DNA of 64,000 bases from Eledone cirrhosa (taxonomy: Eukaryota): NCBI GenBank assembly GCA_964016885.1, contig OZ024743.1:80414001-80478000 (forward strand), written 5' to 3'. The notes beneath the pieces are model-generated. The model was given only the letters and a program-made list of their open reading frames with translations. It ran no database searches and was not told the DNA's origin. A program made the translations under genes and the position numbers. Positions 23,811 to 37,904 of the stretch are shown here, piece by piece (the first letter of the stretch is position 1; each line of letters starts with the position of its first letter).

Positions 23811-24430
23811 CTTGCTTATAACACACACACACTCTCTCTCTCTTTCTATCTCTGTCTATCTATCTATCTCTCTCTTTCTCCCTCTATCTCCCCCTCTCTC
23901 TCTCTCACTTTCTCTCTCTCTCTATCTATCTATCGATCGATCTATCATCTATCTATCTCTTTTTCTCTCTCTCTCTCTCTCTCCACTCGCTCTCTCTCTC
24001 CCTCTCTCTCTCTCAAACCACGCACGCATATATACACACACATTCTCACTCATTATGCACATTTTTTCATGCCCCCCTCTCTCTCTCTCACTAACTTATT
24101 CTCACATCACATACATTCTCCTGCTCATTATATTTCATTCCCTCTCCCTCCCCTCTCCCTCTAATTATATACATTCTCCCACTTCCTCGTCACATATATA
24201 CACACTTACTCTCCCTCATATACAGTCTCTCACGCTCAACACATACACCATCTCCACTCCCTTCTCTCTCCCCTCTCTCATTATCTCTCTCTCTCTCACT
24301 CTCCTCTCTCATTATCTCTCTCTTCCTCACCACCTACCTTATTACTCTTTCCTTAACCCTCTCTCTCTCTATCCCCCCTCTCTCTCTATCTCACTCACTA
24401 TCTCTCTCAGCCCATACCTTATTACTGTTT

Positions 24431-24478
<48 letters not shown>

Positions 24479-24884
24479 ATCACTCTCTCACACCATTTCT
24501 AATCCATCTCCATTATCACCCCAGTCTGTCTCTCTCTCTCCCTCTCTGTTTATCTCCCCTTACTATACTAATATATTTAACTACCACCAATGACACTATA
24601 CCAATCCCTGACAAATTACAGAGAAAGATGTGAAACTGGTAAATATATAATTCCGAAATAACAACTAGGGACTTGTTACTGAAATAACCTCAATTATCAA
24701 ACTAAGATTTTTCTCTCAATTCTTCGTAGTTCTGATCAACTTACCATCCTTCCAGGGACGATAAATACCAAGAACTGAGGTCGTTATAATCGACTTTCCC
24801 TCTCACCGAAATATCTAGCCTTGTTCCCAAATTAAGCTTTATGACCCCCACAACTACCGTCCTCCTTACTTTCTCCTCTAGTGA

Positions 24885-25072
24885 CCCTCAGGCGTGACCC
24901 TCCTATTGGAGGGGTGGTTGTTTTCTTTGATTTGTTTAAATGTTTATTTTGCTAGTTTTTGTTATAACATTTTTACACACAAACAACCACACCCTATCGT
25001 CCTGTACCGTCTTTATTGTTTGCTTAATGTCAGCCAGTGTGGCTAATAAACAAACCATTATTATTATTATTG
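24885..25072 (+). mobile_element. Divergent Tx1-like 3' UTR fragment
   Basis: ..gtggctAATAAAcaaacc(ATT)n end and a layout like 9466-9641. Confidence 0.5.
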
Positions 25073-25074
25073 GT

Positions 25075-25272
25075 GAATTAGCAGTAATCGGTTGAGCGTC
25101 GGACACCATGCTTCGTGGCATATAGTTTCGTCCATTTACGTTCTGAGTTCAAATTCCACCGATGTTAGCTGTTCATCCTTTAAGTACCAGTAACATACTG
25201 GATTTGATTTAATCGACTACCCCTCCACCACACCCCAATTGCTGGCCTTGTGACTAAATCAGAAATAATTAT
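25075..25272 (+). mobile_element. tRNA-derived SINE, diverged
   Basis: GAGTTCAAATTCC B box, AAGTACCAG and GCTGGCCTTGTG. Confidence 0.7.
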
Positions 25273-25424
25273 TAGTTTGCTTTCATTCGGTTTCAATGAT
25301 AATCTTAAAGTAATAATTGACACCAGAACTTGGCTCAAATATATTTAAATTCCAAATCAAGGTTAAAATGCTGTCATGTCATTAAGTGCAGAACTAGAAT
25401 TACTACGCGGAGGTAAATTATGTG

Positions 25425-25483
<59 letters not shown>

Positions 25484-25549
25484 TAAATCAAACCTGTAAC
25501 TTTACAGATCACAAACTCTAGTGTCGTGTTGCCTTCATCAAGCGAGAGG

Positions 25550-25629
<80 letters not shown>

Positions 25630-25630
<1 letters not shown>

Positions 25631-25941
25631 GGGGTAACAAATTATTGTTATAGGTAGTCCACTTAAGTGTAGTCCAGTTATGGTACTCCGGGTAGTGGAT
25701 GATATCAACGCATGGCTAAGTTTGACTCAACAACGCTGTAATTCCTATGTTGTAAACACTTGCAGTAATGATAAATCAGGAAAGAAGAGTGACACGGTTT
25801 GCTATACAAAAAAGGTTTTTAATCTCATTGCTGACAATTGTTTCTCTGAACTAGTAGGTCTAGAGATCGCTACCCGCTTATTTTCACGTTATTCGATCAC
25901 CAATACAAAGTTATAACCAGTCAATTCATCGGAGCTTGTGA

Positions 25942-25945
<4 letters not shown>
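25630..25945 (-). mobile_element. (TA)n-embedded PLE-type island with an expanded hammerhead
   Basis: GCT-CCGATGA-(81 nt)-GAAA-CAATTG-TC-AGC at 25935-25830. Confidence 0.5.
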
Positions 25946-26029
<84 letters not shown>

Positions 26030-26087
26030 TATTGAGTAAAATAACAGGAGGCTGGATTGGTGAAATTCCTTCAAAGATTTATTACAT

Positions 26088-26145
26088 ACACTATGCACAT
26101 TTCAATGACCAGATTCCGTAGAATCTTAGTGACATCATCAGGTGT
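26088..26145 (-). ncRNA. Minimal type-I hammerhead in the (TA)n-flanked island 26030-26283
   Basis: ACAC-CTGATGA-..AGATTCTACGGAATCT..-GAAA-TGTGCA-TA-GTGT. Confidence 0.7.
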
Positions 26146-26281
26146 TTATTGTATACACGTTATCTAATAAAGGAATATAATAATGGGAGACACAATCCAA
26201 GAGGCTGAAAAGTAGAGAGAAATGTTTAAGACCTGAAGGCGGTCACGACCAGTTCTTGTCAGTCTGGATGACCGCCTTCAA

Positions 26282-26340
<59 letters not shown>

Positions 26341-26343
<3 letters not shown>

Positions 26344-27507
26344 ATATTAAACTCTATTACCAAAGGAGTATCTAATAGAATCTCTAATCTATCATATAAT
26401 GAAACTATATTTAACAATAATTCACAATACTATAATGAGGCCTTAGCTAAATCAGGACATAAGAATGAGATTGAATTCCTACCTATAAAATCACATAGTT
26501 ACAACATTATTTCTCATAATATGGCAATGAGGAAAAATAGTAAAAACACTAGCCACTATAACTCTAAAACGAAGATTAATACCAAACTTAACTCGCACCA
26601 AAGTAAAAACCACGATAATAATATAAACGGACATAAATACCTTTAAAAAACAATACTATAAACAAAAATAGAAGGAGAGCTAATACATTCTTCAATCCCC
26701 CTTTCAATCTAAACGTCTCTACGAACTTGCCTAAGGCTTTCTTCTCAATCTTGGAAAAAAAACTTCCCGACCGGCCACAAGTACCATAGCCTTATCAATA
26801 AAAATACAATTAAAATATCATACTCCACCACACCTAACATAGCATACCATATAGCTAGTAGTAATAAAAGGAAGATTAATAACTATTTCCAACTAATTAA
26901 AACACAACAGGAGGTAAACTTAGTACCTGTAAACAATAGTAGTAATAATAGTAATAATGATAATAGCACTAATGAAATCAATAATAATATGAATGATAGA
27001 CATCATTACTCTAGTGCTATCCCTAGCAATCAGAATTCTTCACAACATACGCACCGGCAAGCTAACACCCAGAATAAATGTAACTGTAGAACTAATAGAA
27101 TTTGCCCCTTAGGTAATAATTGCTTAACCAAAGACATCATCTTCTCATGCACCGTCAACGCAAACAACTCTTCTAAAACATATATAGATTCTACTTTGAA
27201 CAACTTCAAGACGAGATACAACTCGCACATCCACTCTTTCAAAAAACACGATCTAGCCAGCTCAACTTCTTTATCTAGCTACGTACACTCTCTGAAAACT
27301 AGGAATAGACCATTTACACTGCAATGGGAAGTAGTAGGTAGGGCCTCATCGTATAAACCACCGAATAAATTGTGTAATCTCTGCCTCCTGGAGACCCATA
27401 CTATAATCTTTTCGAAACTAGACCTCCTTAATAGAAAGTCAGAGACATTTTCCTCGTGCCAACACCGGTACCGGCACTCGTTCCATAACTTTAAACCTAG
27501 CTGTTAG
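26341..27507 (+). pseudogene. PLE RT-thumb/GIY-YIG endonuclease pseudogene
   Basis: CNCRTNRICPLGNNC..IIFSCTV..TYIDST..FKTRYNSH..CNLCLLE..LLNRKSE..CQH. Frameshifts upstream. Confidence 0.88.
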
Positions 27508-27832
27508 TATACAACAATGTCAGATTTGAATTCCCACCACCATTAGCACTACACATCTAGGACTTAACAGCAGCCACAACCTCAAACCCCTCTAACAACT
27601 CTTTCCTCTACACAACTCATATTCATCTATAACCTTATGCTCTGCAATAACAGTTAGAATTAGACATAGAGTTACCACCTTGTGATATAACTACAATAGA
27701 TTAATTATATCATATACAGTAATGGATATTTGGCACTTGGTATGTAGAGACATTTAATGTAATATGTGATAATAAACTATATGTGCATTTATAATTGTAT
27801 AATTATATGCTTAAATTACACAACATAATAAT

Positions 27833-28015
27833 AATTGTTTCTACTTTAGGCACAAGGCCAGCAATTACCCAGCACATTACTGGTACTTTGTTTTATCGAC
27901 CCCGTAAGGATGAAAGGCAAAGTTAACCTCGGCGGGATTTGAACTCAGATCATAAAGGGACGTAACTCTATGCTAGAAAGCATGGCGTCCAACCCTCTAC
28001 CGATACTGCCAATCA
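27833..28015 (-). mobile_element. tRNA-derived SINE inside the PLE UTR
   Basis: Same family as 11262-11440. Confidence 0.88.
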
Positions 28016-29053
28016 ACCACCCTTCAATCAACCACCAATCAACCACACAACATAATAACAATAAAGTATATATACATTTATAATATAAATATAAAATGTA
28101 ATAGCATTGTATATTAGGGATTATATTATTACACATATGGCTTATCTACTATGACATATTAACAGCTGTCTGTATAATCCTTCATAACATATACCTTGTC
28201 CAGTAATGAATAGATAACAATCTAAAGAGACCTTTAATGTATGATAATAAAATACACTGTATTTAAAATCAGGCATAAATATACAGCGTTATGTAACATA
28301 GATCCAATGGTATCACATTATATTGTGTATTAGAACAAAGAATTTTAATAACTGAATTGAACTTAATTAGCTAGTTACCTCCCCTTACGCATTAGCTCCC
28401 CTTATTCACTTCCGGAAATTAACGATTGAAAATTTAACGGTTGATCAAATATAGTCTATGAATATGAATTCATTAAGACTAATTTACAATCCATTGCTCT
28501 AACTAACTTAAAACATTCAATATAAATATTAACCAAAATTTAATTCGACATATGTCATGGAAAAGTCTGCAAAAAGTGTATGTTTCTCAAGACACTTTAA
28601 TTCGAACACCATCAACATTCAACATCCACCATAGATTCTAATACATTAACATATTTGCTTAAAGTGCAGTATTTATTCATCTATATATGCATAATAGCTT
28701 TGCTTGTCCCCTTCTCATGTATATGACTTACGCAGTTACACTATCCACACGCCTGCATATGAATTGTTAATGCACTCTTCCTTTCTCAAAACTACTTCCT
28801 CAATGCCTCTTTAATATTTGGACTATTCCCTTGTTTTAACTGTTGCATGTATTCCACTCCGTGCTTTTGATTTTAATTTAATTTGAATTTGAATTTGAAT
28901 GTTTGTACAATTATTGTACAATTCTCGTAAAATATATGTCACATTCATTCCACCCTGTAAATACGAAACTGTTGCTCACAACATCAATTTATATGTATCT
29001 ATATTATTGTTCAGTTGAATAGGAGGTTAATTATATGTGCAAACATTGATAAT

Positions 29054-29099
29054 GCTCCGATGACCCCCAAACGAGAGTTTGGAAGAAACGATTGTCAGC
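29054..29099 (+). ncRNA. Hammerhead, U4C variant
   Basis: GCT-CCGATGA-..CCAAAC-GAGA-GTTTGG..-GAAA-CGATTG-TC-AGC. Confidence 0.6.
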
Positions 29100-29522
29100 T
29101 ATTAAATGATTTGAACACAACTTTGATAATTGTATAATGTATTTATTTTCCTGCTCTGTAAAACAACTGATATTCATACATTGAGCTATTTCTCGTACTG
29201 GTAATAAGGTAATTAAGTAATTACTGACCTTCCTGTTTATAGTTGTTTATACTATATACATAACTATAAATAGTATTATTATTATATATAGAAACATATC
29301 GGACGTATTGCAGAATATCGTCCGATTTGTCCAGGTCTGTTTTTTAACCTGATTAGTTCTATTGTTACTTTGGTATTGTGTGGTTGCGTTTTGTCAAGCT
29401 ATTTAAACGTATGTTATTACTCTAAGGACCTACCCTTATTGAGTGCTTTGCTAACTCATTCATTATTGTAGGTCGACTTTGCTTGGCCACAGCCAAAGCT
29501 TCGATTTTACTAAGCTTCCACT

Positions 29523-29591
<69 letters not shown>

Positions 29592-30293
29592 AATAGTCAG
29601 TGCCCGATGGCTGAGTTTCACGACGGTGACTATATATATGTATATATGCATGTATGTATGTTTCTATGCATGTATGTATGTATAATGTATGTATGTATGT
29701 ATGTATAATGTATATATGTATATATGTATGTATAATGTATATATATATGTATGTATGTATATATGTATGTATGTTCTTCTGGTTTTATAATTTCACAAAT
29801 TTTTACCAATAGAGAGAGCGTCGATTTATAACATAGACACAAGACTCTCTCATTGGAATTTGCGCAACATCAACTAGGTAGATTATGTATGCATGCATTC
29901 ATGTGTAGATATGGATGTTATTGTATGTGTGGATGTCTATGTTTTGAGTTGCATGTTGCATGGGTATATGCTTTGTATCTGTACATGTGTATATGCAGTT
30001 ATGTATGTATATATAGGTAGTGTATATAATTCGTTTATCTGTCTCTATATGTCTGTCTTTCTATCTATCAACATAGCATACTGTCTTCCAATCTGAAATC
30101 ATATGATACCCTAGATGGAATCAAGGAAGTAACCATAACGTGTATATATTTTAAATGTTTGTATAATACATGAACATCTATAATCATGCATAAATAAATA
30201 TATAGAAAACGTGCATTTACAGAATCTAAGTACATATGTATACACTTATTTTACACACACATTATACATACATCTATATTTTACACATACATT

Positions 30294-30359
<66 letters not shown>

Positions 30360-30785
30360 AAGTGTAAGTCAACAGGTTAAAATTAACTTTACACACACAC
30401 GTTATATATATATGACAAGTCAGCCTCCATTTCTAACATCAGTAGTTTGTTTACATAGTTATGTTTCGTCCTTTCCCGATATGTAAATAAGTAAATGTGA
30501 ACGTTAAAAGGCAACAGCTTATAAAATCTCCATTTGTGCTTAGCAACTCCGCAGGGAAAGCTCTAACAGAAAGCTACGACGTGCAGAGTTTCACAAACTT
30601 CCTAAGAATTTCTTGGGGGATTATCACAAGAATGTTATCTGGTAGTTGAATCAAAAGGTGTGTGTGCAATAAATGTGGGGAAAGTTTCGCCAGATAAAAT
30701 AGATGAACTTAAAGTATTGAGGATTTTTAGATATCAGTAAAATATTACTATGTTGTTATGTTTGTAGAATATTGTAAATACACAC

Positions 30786-30826
<41 letters not shown>

Positions 30827-30874
30827 GCAATGATATTAAATAAATGGAAACTATATTTATAAAACATATTTATT

Positions 30875-30927
30875 CTATTATATATATTTCAAGGGTACCA
30901 AAACTTTGGTACGTTCTCATCAGATAA
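30875..30927 (-). ncRNA. Minimal hammerhead (partner at 33945-33997, plus strand, has CCGATGA)
   Basis: TTAT-CTGATGA-..GTACCAAAGTTTTGGTAC..-GAAA-TATATA-TA-ATAG. Confidence 0.65.
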
Positions 30928-31824
30928 AATACAAAGGTGTTTTATAAATATTGACATAACCTAGAAAAAATACCTTAACGGTTCAAGTTTTTCCTGGATA
31001 GTGAAGGAAAAGAGAAGAAAAGTCAGATATTTCAAATTATTAAGATGAGTATGCGAATGAGGTTGAGGTATAGGTCTGAAAAAACGTTATTTTTAGACGC
31101 TATACAGAATTTAAATAATTAGGATATAAGTATGTATAAGTTGTATTTACGTTAATTTAAAAGGAATTAGCAATTTGCAGGAATGGTGGAATATGTTTCC
31201 AGAATTTAAAATTTATTTAGAATATTGTTAATTTAGCGAAGTTATATAGTTTATCATACATATTATATTATAATGTTTATGTTTGCTCGATTGAAAAGGA
31301 AAATATAACTCCAGTCTTGTTTGCTAACCGTTAAATTTGAAAATATATAGAGAAAATTATATATTATTTTGTGTGAGATTAATTTCAATTATATATTATT
31401 TTAGTCGAAAGATGTGTGAAAGTTTAAAGATCAAAGAAGAGAAAAAAAGTACTGTGCATTTCGAAGAACTATCGTAAAGAGGATAACTTTCAGAATGTCA
31501 ATTAAAGATTATCAATCTACATCTAAAAAAATATATTTCGAGGAGTATCATTAAAAAACTAATGTCAAATGGTAAAAATATCAAAAATTAAGAAGGAAGA
31601 TCATTTAAAAAATTTAAATTTAAATTTTTAAAGAAAATACTCAGTAAATAATAGGATCATTTTAAAGGTGTGTAAGATATAGTCAAGTGTAATGAATATC
31701 ATAGATTAAAAATACTTCGGAAAGTGGAATTTTGGCGATATCTGCAACTAGAAAATAATTCTGTTTGAAGATTAATAGTGTTTTGACAGTTAATTATATA
31801 AAAAATCTCCTCGATACATAAGTT

Positions 31825-32857
31825 AAATTCTTAGATGTAACCTTAAACCTTAGCACAGGTCTTTACTATCCATTCCATAAAATTAACGAAAATCTAAATT
31901 ACGTAAGTTTCAATTCTAATCATCCTAGAATTATAAAAATCACTATTGTCAATAACGTCCAGGAGCAGATTTCACGCATCTCTGCTAATAAAAATATTTT
32001 TGATGATAAGGCAGAATATTACAATGAGGCTTTACATAGACCAGGATTCTCGAATAAAATTAAAAACATAGATAACAATAAGATGACAAATCATCCTAGA
32101 ATTCATTATAATAACAATAAACAATTTAACTTAAATACTAAACCAAACAAAAAAACTAGAACTAGAAATATTATTTGGCACTCTCCCTCATTCTCATTAG
32201 GCGTTAAAACACCTTTAGCACAGCTATTTTTTAAAGCACTAGATAAGTGTTTTCCTAAAGCCCACAGATACCACTCTATTTTTAACAGACACACTATAAA
32301 ACTATCCTACTCTACTACTATGAACATAACACAAAATATAAATAGAATTAATAATAGAAACTTAAATTTAAACCCTAACCAAACAAACCAAGATAGCAAT
32401 AATAATATTTCTAACAACAATATTCATAATAATAGTACCGTTCCGAATAACAACTCCAGAAAATGTAACTGTAGAAGTAAATCAAACTGCCCTTTACAAA
32501 ATAATTGCTTAGACAAAAACGTAATTTACAAATGCACAGTTAAAATTAGAGACAAAATATTTAAATATATTGGCGCCACTTCTACAAAATTCAAAGAACG
32601 CTGGTAAAACCATAAAAACACATATAATAGATCCTATAAAAAATCTTCCACATGACTTTCACATTTAATTTGGAATTTAATAGACAACAATATAGACTAT
32701 TCAATATCTTGGGGAACGATTTCGAAAGCCCCTGCAACCGAAATATGGCTTTCTCAAGATTCTGTAACTTGTGTATCGAGGAGATTTTTATATAATTAAC
32801 TGTCAAAACTCTATTAATCTTAAAACAGAATTATTTTCTAGTTGCAGACATCGCTAA
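31825..32857 (+). pseudogene. PLE RT C-terminus/GIY-YIG pseudogene
   Basis: KFLDVTLNL..SNHP, RNIIWHSPSFS, IFNRHTIKLSYS, CNCRSKSNCPLQNNC, VIYKC..YIGATSTKFKERW. Confidence 0.9.
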
Positions 32858-34149
32858 AATTCTACTTCAGAAGTATTTTTAATTGAAAAATTTAAATTTA
32901 AATTTTTTAAATGATCTTCCTTCTTAATTTTTAATATGTTTACTATTTTTACCATTTGACATTATTTTCTTAATGATACTCCACTAAATATATTTTTTTA
33001 GGTGTAGATTGATAATAGTTAATTGACATTCTGAAAGTTATCCTCTTTACGATAGTTCTTCGAAATGCACAATACTTTTTTCCTCTTCTTTGATCTTTAA
33101 ACTTTCACACATTTTTCGACTAAAATAATATATAATTGAAATTGATCTCACACAAAATAATATATAATTTTCTCTATATATTTTCTGAGTAAATCATTCA
33201 TCAAATTTAACGGTTAGCAAACAAAATTGGAGTTATATTTTCCTTTTCAATCGAGCAAACATAAACATTATAATATAATATGTATGATAAACTATATAAC
33301 TTCGCTAAATTAACAATATTCTGAAAACATTTTCAATGTTGGAACAAAATGTTTGAATCTATAAATTGTTCTCCTCTTACAACTTGAACTACGTTTTTTT
33401 TTTATGTAAAATGCAGAATCAACATCCTTCGTAACTCATGTAAGAAATGTAAACAACTAATAATTGTAACTTATTTCTATTTCTATAATACTTATACATG
33501 CACAATTATTAATGTATATAGATACGTATATACTTACAACCTGTTGTAATGTAATAAGATAAAATCTACTTACAACCATAATTCTTCATATAATCTAATT
33601 GATTATATATACTCATAATATAGCTAAATACATTTTTAATCCTGGAATCATATTCCACCATTCCTGCAAATTGTTAATTCCTTTTAAATTAACGTAAATA
33701 CAAGCTCTTCTTTCTTTTTTTTTCTTCCTACTCATACATACATATGTCCTAATTATTTAAATTCTGTATAGCGTCTAAAAATAACGTTTTTTCAGCCCTA
33801 TACCTCAACCTCATTTGCATACTCATCTTAATAATTTGAAATATCTGACTTTTCTTCTCTTTTCTTTCACTATCCAGGAAAAACTTGAACCGTTAAGGTA
33901 TTTTTTCTTGGTTATGCCAATATTTATAAAACAAACTTTGTATTTTATCCGATGACAGTGTACCAAAGTTTTGGTACCCTTGAAATATATATAATAGAAT
34001 AAATATGGTTTTATAAATATAGTTGCCATTTATTTAATATCATTGAATATTATACTCCAGAAAACATGTCGAGTGCTCTGAATCAGTTGTAAACATTTAT
34101 ATTTGTTGAATTAACAACAAATTGAATATACCTTTTGCTTATATATATA

Positions 34150-34494
<345 letters not shown>

Positions 34495-34622
34495 CATATA
34501 TATATATATAACCGTTTCTGATTAACTTATCTTTTTACACATGCATGTGCGATTAACACATGTAGAGAATCGAACGTAGAAATTAAAAAAATCGATTTAA
34601 TTTGATAACCTTGTTTATAACC

Positions 34623-34668
<46 letters not shown>

Positions 34669-34789
34669 GGTTATATAATCATTATATATACATAATGAAG
34701 AGAAAGAAGATTATCAAATGAAATCAATTTTTTTAAATTTCTACGTTTACTCTGAACAGAAGGCGGCCAGTGCTGGGGACCTGCGGTAG

Positions 34790-34965
34790 ATTGGCAGTAT
34801 CGGTAGAACGTTGGACGTCATACTTTGCAACATAGAATTACGGCCCTTTACGGTCAGAGTTCAAATCTCGCCGAGGTTAGCTTTGCCTTTCATCCTTACG
34901 GTGTCGATAAAATAAAGTACCAGTAATGCATTGGTGTAATTGCTGGCTTTTTGCCAAAAGTAGAA

Positions 34966-34970
<5 letters not shown>
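34790..34970 (+). mobile_element. tRNA-derived SINE, main family
   Basis: GGCAGTATCGGTAGA..GAGTTCAAATCTC..GCCTTTCATCC. Confidence 0.85.
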
Positions 34971-35007
<37 letters not shown>

Positions 35008-35013
<6 letters not shown>

Positions 35014-35196
35014 TTCTACAGGACTAGAACTGTTTCATTCTTTAGAAATCATCAGGAATCTGATTCCTGATGATTTTTAAAGAATGAAACAGTTCTAGTC
35101 CTGTATAATCTCATCTATATTAGAACTTTTATACTCTGCTATGTATTGAGTACCTTACTTACTGTGGTAACCTCCGATTCAACCCGGAATAACTTA

Positions 35197-35199
<3 letters not shown>
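35008..35199 (+). mobile_element. Short fold-back made of two back-to-back hammerheads plus tail
   Basis: Arms 35008-35060 and 35062-35114 with a 1-nt apex. ACTC..GAGTAC at 35133-35153. Confidence 0.8.
35012..35060 (-). ncRNA. Type-I hammerhead ribozyme
   Basis: GATTC-CTGATGA-TTTCTAAAGAAT-GAAA-CAG-TTCTAGTC-CTG-TA-GAATC (GUA triplet). Confidence 0.72.
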
Positions 35200-35233
<34 letters not shown>

Positions 35234-35416
35234 TTACGAGGTGGTATCATGCATAATAACATACATTCATGTGGGTAGATGAGAAATTATTTCAATTTAT
35301 TCCATTCAACAGGCAAATGTATTTATACACACTTTTCAGACATCGCGGTTGCCTGAAGTCCCAAATGTGTAATCAAACATCGTTAATCCAATGATACAGA
35401 CCAGAAAATTGGGAGT

Positions 35417-35950
35417 GGATCATTCTCTCATCTACAGGTCCCCCAGCACTTCTCGCCTTGTGTTTCCAGAGGATCATTCTCTCACCTTCATGTCCCCACC
35501 ACTGCTCGCCTTGTGTTTCCAGAGGATCATTCTCTCACCTTCATGTCCCCAGCACGGGTCGCCTTGTGTTTCCAGAGGATCATTCTCTCATCTACAGGTC
35601 CCCCAGCACTTCTGGCCTTGTGTTTCCAGAGGATCATTCTCTCACCTACAGGTCCCCACCACTGCTCGCCTTGTGTTTCCAGAGGATCATTCTCTCACCT
35701 TCATGTCCCCAGCACGGGTCGCCTTGTGTTTCCAGAGGATCATTCTCTCACCTACATGTCCCCAGTACTGGTCGCCTTGTGTTTCCAGAGGATCATTCTC
35801 TCACCTTCAGGTCCCCAGCACAGGTCGCCTTGTGTTTCCAGAGGATCATTCTCTCACCTACATGTCCCCAGTACTGGTCGCCTTGTGTTTCCAGAGGATC
35901 ATTCTCTCACCTTCAGGTCCCCAGCACAGGTCGCCTTGTGTTTCCAGAGG
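35417..35950. repeat. 52-54-bp minisatellite
   Basis: ggatcattctctcacc..gtccccagcac..tcgccttgtgtttccaga, 10 copies. Confidence 0.95.
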
Positions 35951-37704
35951 AAAAAATGTAGACATTTTGTTTCGGAGGATGGCGACACACGATTGAAAGG
36001 CCATTCCCAATACACGGTACTCACTCTGCGGGTGGCCAACTCCGACCCGATATTAGTGAATAGGGGGTGGTCAGGGGAACGAAAGCATGGGAAGACTCCA
36101 CGGCTACCTGTTTGACGACAAACCTATCTGTGTGCGGACGTCGACAGCTTGCGATCTTCGACCTGTCGGTTTTCAGAAACTGGATCTGTCGTCGGATGCA
36201 CTACGTTGTTTCTCAGTTAAAATACTTACGACCTTGGAACGTGCAGATGATCTTGCCGTCTTGCCTTCTGCCATCTCCTTGGTTTTACCCCACAGGCTCG
36301 AGACAGGAAAGTAAGTCAGCGGTGTCCAATCCATGGTTTAAAAGGAGATGACGTAGGAAGCGGTCAGTACTGTAATGGCATTAGAGCGGGGAATGTTCGA
36401 AAGTATCCTCAATGGATCAACAGTGGCATATGTGTGGCTTGAAGTTGTGGAGGCTGAACCTCAGAGAATCACTGATGCACAGGCTGTGGTGTATAGCTGT
36501 GGACCGTCCATCTTGTTTTTGCTATATCAGTAGCTATTCAGGCTATCTCTTACACACGGCTTAAATTTTTTTTTTTATTATTTAGACAATTTTTAAGCAG
36601 CATGCTACAGATCTGATAAAAATGGAACACATAATAACAGTGTCTGTTTGTGTCTCTGTGTCTGATTTCTTACGGTTGTCAATTCAACTCTGCTGTTCGT
36701 GACTGAATATTTTTATAAGGAGCCTTACTCTAAAGATCTGTAGTAGGATGTCATCTGTTTCAAAAATGAAATTAATTTTAATATTATTTGTGTTAACTAC
36801 TAAAAGAGATAAAGATATGTTATGGATGCGACACCAATCTACCAGACATTGTGTCAGTAGTGTTGTTTAGCCCTACGCCTGCGACAATCTTTAACGTCGT
36901 CTTTACATTATCACGTGAGTCAGGCGTAATTTCAATATTATCTGTTAACTGGTTAAGAGATATGTCACCATATTTTTATGAATGGGCCTCACGTCTATCA
37001 TACATTGTGTTGCTATTTAGCCCCAGGTCTTCTGTGGTCAAGTAGACCTATATTTAATGGCGTTGCTGTCATGATAATGTCCCCTGATTACATTTTCCAA
37101 TCCATGTCTCCTTCCTTTTTAAAGACAGTAATGAAATCTACTACACTGTATTGTTGTTGTTTAACCACAGGTCGTAAGTGATTAAATGGTCCGATGTTTA
37201 AAGGCGCTCCAGCCATGAACATCATGTCGTTGACTACAGGATTCAATGAATCCTTCCTTTCTCAAGGCAATGTATAATTTGAGGTGCATTTACAGCTATT
37301 TCTCCCCCGTCAACTATATTTTCCTCCCATGTCAGGATTTTAAAATAATGGAGTCGCCGTTAGCTAACTAGATAATACCCCATTAAACCCAATGAGAGAC
37401 CTTCTAGACTGGAGGGTGACGCGGAGGGGGACATTTGATTGTAGGCCTCCTCTATTAGAACTAACCTGAAGGTTAGACATCTACATCTCTACAACAATGT
37501 GTATAATTATCACCATCATAATCACCATCATCATCATCGCCAGCAGAACATGTGTAATAACGAATATTAACTTCCTTATCCTCTCCTCCTCCGCCACCAT
37601 CATCATCATTGATACTATCACTATCATCATCATCTCCACAACGACACGAACAATCATCACCATCATGCCTTAAGTAATCATCACCATGACTCCTGTAATT
37701 ATTC

Positions 37705-37737
<33 letters not shown>

Positions 37738-37904
37738 CAGCACCAATGACATGACTAACAATCTCCACCACCACCACCACCACCACCAATATAACCATCA
37801 TCATCATCATCATGATACGAGGAGCTACAGAGAGACCCTGGTTATCCGACATGTTAGAAATAAGTCCAACATTCTTCGAGTCACTGTTACATTTTTAAAA
37901 GAAG

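Larger units (their letters stand above)
26341..29525 (+). mobile_element. 5'-truncated Penelope-like element (probably Hydra clade)
   Basis: RT thumb (SNRISNLS..YYNEAL, FNPPF), CNC-x5-C-x5-C linker and GIY-YIG domain, then a 2-kb UTR with a hammerhead at 29054-29099 and ACTC..GAGTGC at 29419-29446. (TA)n on both sides. Confidence 0.8.
30828..34140 (+). mobile_element. Penelope-like element with an inverted 5' segment
   Basis: 30828-31825 is the reverse complement of 32765-34045, with internal deletions. Coding remnant 31825-32857. (TA)n on both sides. Confidence 0.88.

Noticed and set aside
35236-36560. Possible mariner relic (TACGAGGTGGTATC start, faint HPPYSP-like trace near 36060)
   Set aside because: No second TIR and no convincing transposase translation.
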